Shown here: piece by piece, positions 55,087-64,000 of the stretch
Layout: every line of letters starts with the position of its first letter
Numbering within the stretch: position 1 is the first letter of the stretch
Assembly: GCA_001179505.1 (NCBI GenBank)
Contig: CDMY01000451.1
Coordinates: forward strand, 1 to 64,000
DNA from: Vitrella brassicaformis CCMP3155
Lineage: Eukaryota > Protista > Chromerida
Direction: 5' to 3'
DNA: 64,000 bases
Translations under genes and position numbers: made by a program
Notes under the pieces: model-generated
Databases searched by the model: none
What the model was told of the DNA's origin: nothing
What the model saw: only the letters and a program-made list of their open reading frames with translations

Positions 55087-56128
55087 TGGATGAGTGGATG
55101 AGTGGATGGATTGAGAGGCAGTGACATTCTGAGCCTGGCGATTTGGTGTTGCCTTGTCTGACGCGACGATTTGCTTTTCCGTCTGTCTGCATTCGAGTCG
55201 ATCTGTGGGTCCGGGCGGTTGGTGAGAGCAGGGACGCGGGACAAGGAGAGCGCAGGCAGACAGACAGACAGTCTGATAATAGACCGTGTGTCAAAAACGC
55301 TTCGCTTTTGTACAGTGTGTGTTGGTGTCCGTGTCTGCTGACTGGATGCGGTTCGTCCTGTCGATACAACATACATGCTATGGCAAAGAAAGGTTCAGAG
55401 AATTGTGGCCAGACAAATGTGCATTTGTGCGTGAATCTTTCGCTCACTACTACTTATGGGTTTTATCGAATCGTTTTCAGTCATCCGCGCGTTTCGGTTT
55501 CCATACATTCAGTCGTCAGTCTGTACACATCCATCCCACGCACCATGACGAGAAAGAAACTTTAAGCTCATCCGTCCCCTCCCTCACCCCTCGCTCCCCT
55601 GTGCTATCTATCTCTGTGTGGGCCGCTTCCTATCTCCCCCGTGAGCCCATCCCTGGACGCGCCGCTCACTTGCCAACCAGTCTATCATATCTTGGCGGTT
55701 GGTTGGAAGCGGGCAGGCACGGCTATCATGAGTTGCCCTTTTGCATGAGAGCACTCCATCTCTCCCCCCATCTCTCTATCTTGTGCTACTATCTTGTGTG
55801 TGAAGGCTACCATATCATTCGTATCACGGCTATCGAGCGATGAGGATGGGCAGCATGGGCACGGCAAACCACCCCTATCATCTTCTCGTGCCCACTCACC
55901 CACCCACCCACCCACCCACCCGAAACGACACACACCAGCCAGCCGTCCAGCCACGCACATACATATGCACACACTGACGTCAAAAGGAACACTGCTGCGA
56001 TAGATGTGCCTCGACACGCCAACCTGACTGACACATGAAGAGAGAGAGACCTGTGCTGTGCATGTCAGTGCCTCCCCTTCCCATCCCCCCCCCACTCACC
56101 GGAATCCATCCATTCGTATCGGTATCTA

Positions 56129-57633
56129 TCAGGTGGAGTGGCGCATGCACGAGAGGCGGCCGCCCAGCAGCACCCGTACGTCGTCCGCTCCGATGACGTC
56201 CCGCGCCTTGGGCACCGACTGGGGGAAGCGGGCCATGCCCCGCTGCCCCTTCTGCGGCCGCTCGGTCGTGAACAGCCGCACGCTCACGATGTCGGTGAAC
56301 TTGAACATCCGAAGGTCCTCACTCCTGTGTGTTACGTTGGTGCCACACACACATACACACACACACACACGGACAAATAGCCCGATTGCCTTCGTATTGC
56401 TGAGAGTTTTTAGCGACCTACCTCTTTTTGGTGATGGCGATGTGCAGGGCGAACGCGTCATCGGGTCCGTCACCGTAGAGCGTCACGACCCGCCCGACCT
56501 CCTGGAAAGCGAGCCAGCGGCAAACCGTGGGCCGCCCCCACACGGACGGCTCCTGCTGCGTGATGATGTCGTTGGCGCGCGTGAAGAGCGTCGCGGACTC
56601 CATGTCGCTAAGGTCGATGACCTCCTGCACGGAGACGACCTCACGGCGGCCCCGCAGCTGCGTGCTGAACGAATCAGGGCAAGACAGAAGGAATGCTATC
56701 AATACTGCAGTGGTGGTTGGCTGGTTTGCTCACTGTAGGAGGATCAGTTCCCGGAAAGCAGCATGAGTGCCGTACCAATCTGCACACACACACGACACAC
56801 AGACAGACACACAAAGGAAGAAGCACGCATGAATGGCATCCGTAAGGCCAGGCACTCCTTCCCAACTCGTCAGCCCGCTCACCGTTGGTGGGCAAGTCGT
56901 GTACGAAGTCGACGGTCTGGAAGGTGCCCGGGTACGCCAGGAAGGCGTTGACCTGATTCCTGTGCAGCCTTATCCCGTTGGCGCACGCAGATCGCTTCTG
57001 CATCCCCAGCCCAAGCGGCAGCCGCCCCACCAGCGTCAAATCATGCCCATCCCGCGCCAGCCGGTGACCCACCAACTGCCACTGCCGCAAACTCACCGGC
57101 AGCTCAGTGAACCCCTCGAACGCCTTCGCCTCGTGCGCGTCTTTGGCCGTCAGCCTGATGGGCAGCTCAGGCAGCCAGCCGTGGTGCGCGGCGATGCGCA
57201 GAGGAGCGAACCACCGCTGCCAGGGGCCGCCCGCATCCATGAAGTAAGCCAAGAGTAGGAGGAATGCCCGTGGGCAGGTGCTGTCGTAGGTCAGCACGCT
57301 CGCGAGGCCTGGGTTCTCACGGATAATGTGCTCCAGCCAGTCGACCGCCACAGCCAAGCCGAGGGCGCCTGAGGTGAAGGCGAGGGCTGCGCGAGACGCC
57401 ACCGGGAGCAGCAGCACCACCTGCAACAGGAAGTCGGGCGGGAGGCCGTCGCGCTCGAAGAGTGGCGGTGCGGCGACGGCCCCAGAGGCTCTCTGATTGC
57501 GTGGCTGCTCGGAGGGCCCAGGGTGGGCCTGCCGACGACGTGCTGTGCGAGGCGGAGAGGCCACCCTCTCTGCCGCTGCCGCTGCACCGGTGCGACGGGC
57601 TCGTTTGGTCTTGGCCTTGCTTCGGGTCTCCAT
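56129..57633 (-). CDS. Lineage-specific protein with F-box-like motif
   Basis: METRSK… long first exon; LPPDFLLQVVLLLPVASRAALAFTS; further exons to about 56129. Some junctions are unresolved. Confidence 0.6.
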
Positions 57634-57719
57634 TGCGATAATAGGCGGATACAGGAAAGCTACAACAGAGCTCAACAAAAGCACGTGAGGCGCTCAACAA
57701 CCCCAGCTCGCAATGGCTT

Positions 57720-57729
57720 TAAGCTCGCA
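57720..57729 (+). promoter_or_regulatory. TAAGCTCGCA motif upstream of NTF2 (partial CAGCTCGCA at 57704)
   Basis: Same 9-mer. Confidence 0.55.
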
Positions 57730-57822
57730 CTTGAGTCGCATCTCGCCAGGCTCACTTTCGGCTGCCTGGCCCCTTGTGGTTATCCCTTTTCGGATCTGGA
57801 GCTGCATCTTTCCAAAGGCAGC

Positions 57823-58725
57823 ATGGCGAGCAACGACTTTGCGTCCGTCGCCATGCAGTTCGTGCAGCACTACTACAACACCTTCGACACCAACCGGCAA
57901 GCCACAGAGAGATGAAACGAAAATGAAGCCGGCCTGGCTGCTGCCACGCGAGCGCGTCTGTTATCTTGTGTTCTGTTGTTCTGTTGTCCTGCTGGTTGGT
58001 TGGTTGGTTGCATGCGTTTGTGTGTATGTGTGCAGGAATGGCCTTGCGCCGTTGTACGGCGAAGCGTCCATGCTGACCTTCGAAGATGCCCAATTCAAGG
58101 TGCGGACGGGGGAAGGCGAGATGGAACGGAAGGTGCATGTTCTCTTGTGTTGTGGTTTGTGTGGATGTGTGTCGTGGTGCAGGGCGTGCAGCAGATCATG
58201 CAGAAGCTCAACTCGCTGCAGTTCCAGCAGGTCGGTGGGCGGGCGGGCGGTGTTTGGGCGGGCAATGCTGGCCAGCACACACACGATGGATGGATGGATG
58301 GATGGACTGCGTGTGGATGCGTGGATGTGTGCATCAGATCCGCCATCAGGTCATCAAGGTGGACAGCCAACCCTCCGTCAACAACGGCATCCTCGTTTTC
58401 GTCACGGGTCGGTGAGCGTCCACACACGCGCACCCCCGGGCGGGCGGGCGGGCGGGCGTACCGCGTTAAATGCATGAGCACTGATCATGTGTGTGTCTGT
58501 CTACATCTATATCTGTGTGTGACGGTCAGGGACCTTGATGGTCGACAACGAGGCGAATCCCCTCAAGTTTGCGCAGGTCTTCCACCTGCAGCCAAACGCA
58601 CAAGGCGGCGGATACTACTGTACGCAACACTGCACACCACAACTGATACACGCACACACCCAGACCGGTGTGTGGGTGTGTTTCATTCAGGTTTCAATGA
58701 CCTTTTCCGACTCAACATCGGCTGA
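57823..58725 (+). CDS. NTF2: Nuclear transport factor 2
   Basis: FVQHYYNTFDTNR|NGLAPLY…SMLTFE…|GVQQIMQKL…|…DSQPS…ILVFVTG|TLMVD…LKFAQVFHL…YY|CFNDLFRL. First intron is GC-AG. Confidence 0.96.
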
Positions 58726-59614
58726 GCAGCATAGCATACCACCGATGTGCCCCGTGTGCTGACTGTGGTGCTGGTGGTGGTGTCTTTGTCTGTGAGTGGA
58801 GTGACAGAGTAGACAAGACAGGACAGGAGAGGACAGGAGAGGCATCAGTTTTGATTTTCGCCTTTTTCCCGTCGTCAAGTCAAGGTCGTCTATATGTAGT
58901 ATGTAGTAGATTCCTTCCCACCACACAGCACAGCACAGCACAGCACAGACCAACAAGGCACGCACTGGGGCGCGGCACACCACCCATGCCCCCATCCGCC
59001 CTTCCATCATTTGTTTCGCATCTCGCCCCTCCTCCCCTCCCCCTCCCTCTTTGTCTGTGTACCTCTCTCTCTCTCCCTCTCCGCCTCTCTCTCTGTCTGC
59101 CTACGTGTTGGCGTGTGGCGTACGTTATATGCGACGACGGGCGGAGGACCTTTATGGCATACACGTGTGTGTGTGTTCCCTGTGTGCGCGTGTATGTGTG
59201 CGTACGCGTGTGCGTTGCCGCCGTGAATTTAAGTGGGTGAGTGAGTGCGTGTCTGAGTGTGTGTCCAGATGGACCTGCAATGGCGTGGCGACAACGCCCA
59301 CAGCTTTTGCAGCATGGCACAGCATTCAGACTTTATTATCACGAACGAAGCGAGTCATCAACTCATTCACACAACGAATTGTTGAGAGAGAGAGAGAGAG
59401 GGGCATGCAACACCACACCAGCCACTCACACCCCTCTCTCTCCCTCTTCGGCCCTCACGCGCACACCCAGCAGACCGAAACGCAATGACACGCAGGCAAT
59501 AGACAGGGCTGCCGAATGAATGAGTGAGAGACCCCAAAGCGATCGATTAGAGAAGGAAACACAGACAGATGCAGCCCAAACAGGAGAGAGGCGTACGTGT
59601 GGACGAGGTTCATC

Positions 59615-60991
<1,377 letters not shown>

Positions 60992-61103
60992 GTTTGGACA
61001 CAGGAAGGATCGACAGTGGACCGAATGATGCTCTACACCCTCAGCTGTCTGGGATGAGCTACACAGTTCCTTCACAAGGGCTTCCACCTAAGCCCAGTGG
61101 CTC

Positions 61104-61123
61104 TAAGCTCGCATGCGAGCTTT
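61104..61123. promoter_or_regulatory. Palindromic double motif AAGCTCGCATGCGAGCTT between RAB11 and TRAF-like gene
   Basis: Two inverted copies of the 9-mer, one facing each gene. Confidence 0.6.
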
Positions 61124-61222
61124 AAAGCCAAAAGGCGCAGGGACGACCGCCTCCACTTGGCGCCTCTCCCGGCTGGCTGTGGCCTGCAAGCACAGCCTGC
61201 TCATTGCCTCAGTCAGTCTGCC

Positions 61223-63200
61223 ATGGGTCTGGATGAGCACCTGTTCGACTCGGCGGCGTCCAAACACGGGCTGCACGTCCTCAAACAGGTGAATGATGAA
61301 CAGATGGGCGGGGTGGTGCTTAATGAGGGAGGAGTGGCGGTGGTCTGTGAATGGTTGGCGCATCTGTGTGTGGGTGTTTCCGTCTGTCTGTCCGTGTGCG
61401 CGTGTGTGTGTGTGTGTGTGATGCAGTTCCAGTGCTCAGGTGATGCTCGCTTGGATGCAGATCAGATGAGCCACACGCACAGTCACACACGCCCGCCCGT
61501 TGGTGCGTTTCGTGTGTGTGCGTGTTGGTGCAGTGTGTCTGGACGTGGTCGAGGAGCCGGTCATCACGCGATGCTCGCACCTCTTCTGCAAATGTGACCG
61601 ACGACCCTCCCATCAGATCAGCACACGGTTCTCTGTCTGTCTGTGTCCTGCAGCTTGTCTGAAGGGCGACAAGTGCCCCACTTGCCGCTCAGAGCCTGCT
61701 GATGTATCTGATTTGCGCGGTGAGTGACTGAGTGAATCCCACAGCACCACACCCACACGCACACCCACACGCACACGCACACCACTCCGTGTGACGTGTG
61801 TCTGTCTGTCTGTGTGTGTAATGGCGCATTCGTTCAGAGGCGAGTCCTGCGCTCTATCGCATTTTAGGCGGCTTGTCGCTGCGCTGCCCCAATAGCACTC
61901 CCCCCCCACCGCCCATACCTGTCCGCCCATACGTCGCTGACACCGCCACCACCATAAGGTACGCATCACCACACACACACACACACACACAAGACCCTTC
62001 TACACGCATTCGCATCCCCTTCCTCCCCCTCTCTGTCCCTCTGTGTGTGTGTATGTTGCTTCACAGCTCCAGCACCTTGCCGACCCCCGTGGCAGTGCCA
62101 GATTTCTCATCCCGGAGGGAGCAACAGCAGCAGCGCAAATTCGACGCCGGCGCCAACGGCGGGGTCAGCAAACGGAACAAGGGCGGCGGAGAGGAGAAAA
62201 ATGCCCCAGCATCCGGTGAGCTTGTAAACTTGTTCGTGGGCACCAACGCACCCATCCATCCACCCTCTCTCTGTCTCTGTGGATTGCAGCGAGTGAGTCG
62301 TTTCGCGAGTTGGGCAGTGACTCGTGTCTGAGCGACGAGGGTGAGGGTGAGGACGAGCTCGAGACCCACCGGCAGCGGCAGCAGGGCGGCCGGCAGGATG
62401 GCTGTGGGGTGGGAGAGGACGGCGAGGTCCAGTGCACGTGGCGGGGGGTGTACGCCGACCTGCACAAACACATGACTGAGGTCTGCCCCAAACGCACCGT
62501 CATCTGCCAGATCTGCGGCGCAAAGGTACGTGGCCGAGCGAGATGACACCCAACAAAGCCAGCGGCGGACCGTCTCTCTTTCTGTGCGTGTGGGNNNNNN
62601 NNNNNNNNNNNNNNNNNNNNNNNNNNNNNNNNNNNNNNNNNNNNNNNNNNNNNNNNNNNNNNNNNNNNNNNNNNNNNNNNNNNNNNNNNNNNNNNNNNNN
62701 NNNNNNNNNNNNNNNNNNNNNNNNNNNNNNNNNNNNNNNNNNNNNNNNNNNNNNNNNNNNNNNNNNNNNNNNNNNNNNNNNNNNNNNNNNNNNNNNNNNN
62801 NNNNNNNNNNNNNNNNNNNNNNNNNNNNNNNNNNNNNNNNNNNNNNNNNNNNNNNNNNNNNNNNNNNNNNNNNNNNNNNNNNNNNNNNNNNNNNAGGTGT
62901 GTGCGGTGGACATGGACGCGCACAACGCCAGCGAGGCGTCGAGCCACCTGGCCATCATGCAGGAGCGGCTGGCGTCGTGTGCTCGCATAGAGGACCTGGG
63001 CGACAGGATCGGCCAACTAGAAGCCAAACTGGAAAGATACGTCAAACACAAGTGAGCACAGTACGGGAGGAAGGGAGGGAGGGGACAGAGGGGGGGGAAA
63101 GCGATCCCCTTTCACTGCACTGTCTGTCTGTCTGCCTGTCTGCAGGCACCCTGATGTGTGGACATTCACCATCGAGAATGCTAGCAAGGTGAGCGACGGA

Positions 63201-63235
<35 letters not shown>

Positions 63236-63945
63236 GGAGAGAGAGAGAGAAGGGCGGGTGGATACTCACAAGTCTACAAGCATCTTGTGCACTGCGTGCC
63301 CTCTCTCCGTGTGCGGTGTCTGCAGTTGTTCAGCGACACGGGCGGTGGCAACCAGGACTTCAACTTGCCCAAGTTTGCCATCGGCGGGCCGCAGGTGGTG
63401 GAGGGCTTCTACGTCAATGTCGAGCTCAAGGAACCTGACTGCGACATGGGCATCTTCCTCTTCCCGCCGCCCGGTAAACAGCAGCAATCCACACACACAT
63501 ATGCCCGCACAGGCACCCACACATTCACTCACTCCCCCTGTGTGTCGACATGTCAACCAACAGAAATACGTCTGAAGGCCGAGTACAGCTTCTTCCTTGG
63601 CCCCGGGCAGCGTGCGTCGCGCTTCACGACGCCCTCGATCAGCAAGGAGTTCGACCCGCTGCCAGAGGGCGAAGTGGTCGGCACCGGCAAGGGCAAACTT
63701 AGAAACAGGTGTGTGTGAGTGGTGGGATGGGAGAGAAGGAGGGGCAACGATGGGTGGTGTGGATGTGTGTGGATGTGTGTGTATGTGTTGCACTGACTGT
63801 GTCAAAACACAGGGAGCAGTTGCTGAATCTGTGTACGGCTGACGACGCGTTGATCATCGGTGTGGAGTTCAAGTCGCTGCGGATCCTCAAGACCATGAAC
63901 CAACAGAACAAGGAGATCACCATCGGAGAGGAACTCATACAATAG
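61223..63945 (+). CDS. TRAF-like protein: RING - TRAF Zn finger - coiled coil - MATH-like domain
   Basis: FQCS|VCLDVVEEPVITRCSHLFCKC…CPTCR; CTWRG…LHKHMTEVCPKRTVICQIC; coiled coil; WTFTIENASK…GFYVNV…GIFL. Confidence 0.8.
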
Positions 63946-64000
63946 ACAGACAGACAGACAGACAACACGTGACTGACCAGCGTATCTATCGGCCACACCC

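Overview
GC-rich, intron-dense eukaryotic DNA. Short introns full of (TG)n/(CA)n/(GA)n repeats and several lineage-specific multicopy families suggest the chromerid alga Vitrella brassicaformis (inference, not searched). Exon structures were reconstructed by hand, so gene boundaries are approximate. Well-supported single-copy genes, with no lesion seen in any exon I traced: exosome CSL4, Derlin, a bacterial-type sulfotransferase, PRP4 kinase, a nucleotide-sugar transporter, a SnoaL-like protein, NTF2, Rab11 and a RING/TRAF/MATH protein. A PsbQ-like lumen protein is likely. The most unusual part is 1-17.8 kb. On the minus strand, a largely phase-compatible splice path links a CENP-B/Tc5-type HTH, a UPF1-like helicase lacking its CH domain, about 8 CCCH fingers, a 4E-T-like eIF4E-binding motif (YTIEELL) and a CELF-type RRM. 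This unit sits head-to-head with a BED zinc-finger gene, and the pair is tandemly duplicated. Other patterns: a 9-mer AAGCTCGCA recurring in head-to-head intergenic regions, introns with complementary (CA)n...(TG)n arms, a candidate poison micro-exon in PRP4K, and shuffled or permuted cassettes between 25.7-29.3 kb and 49-54.5 kb. Frameshift or nonsense lesions were seen only in the multicopy genes. Four 300-N scaffold gaps limit some calls.
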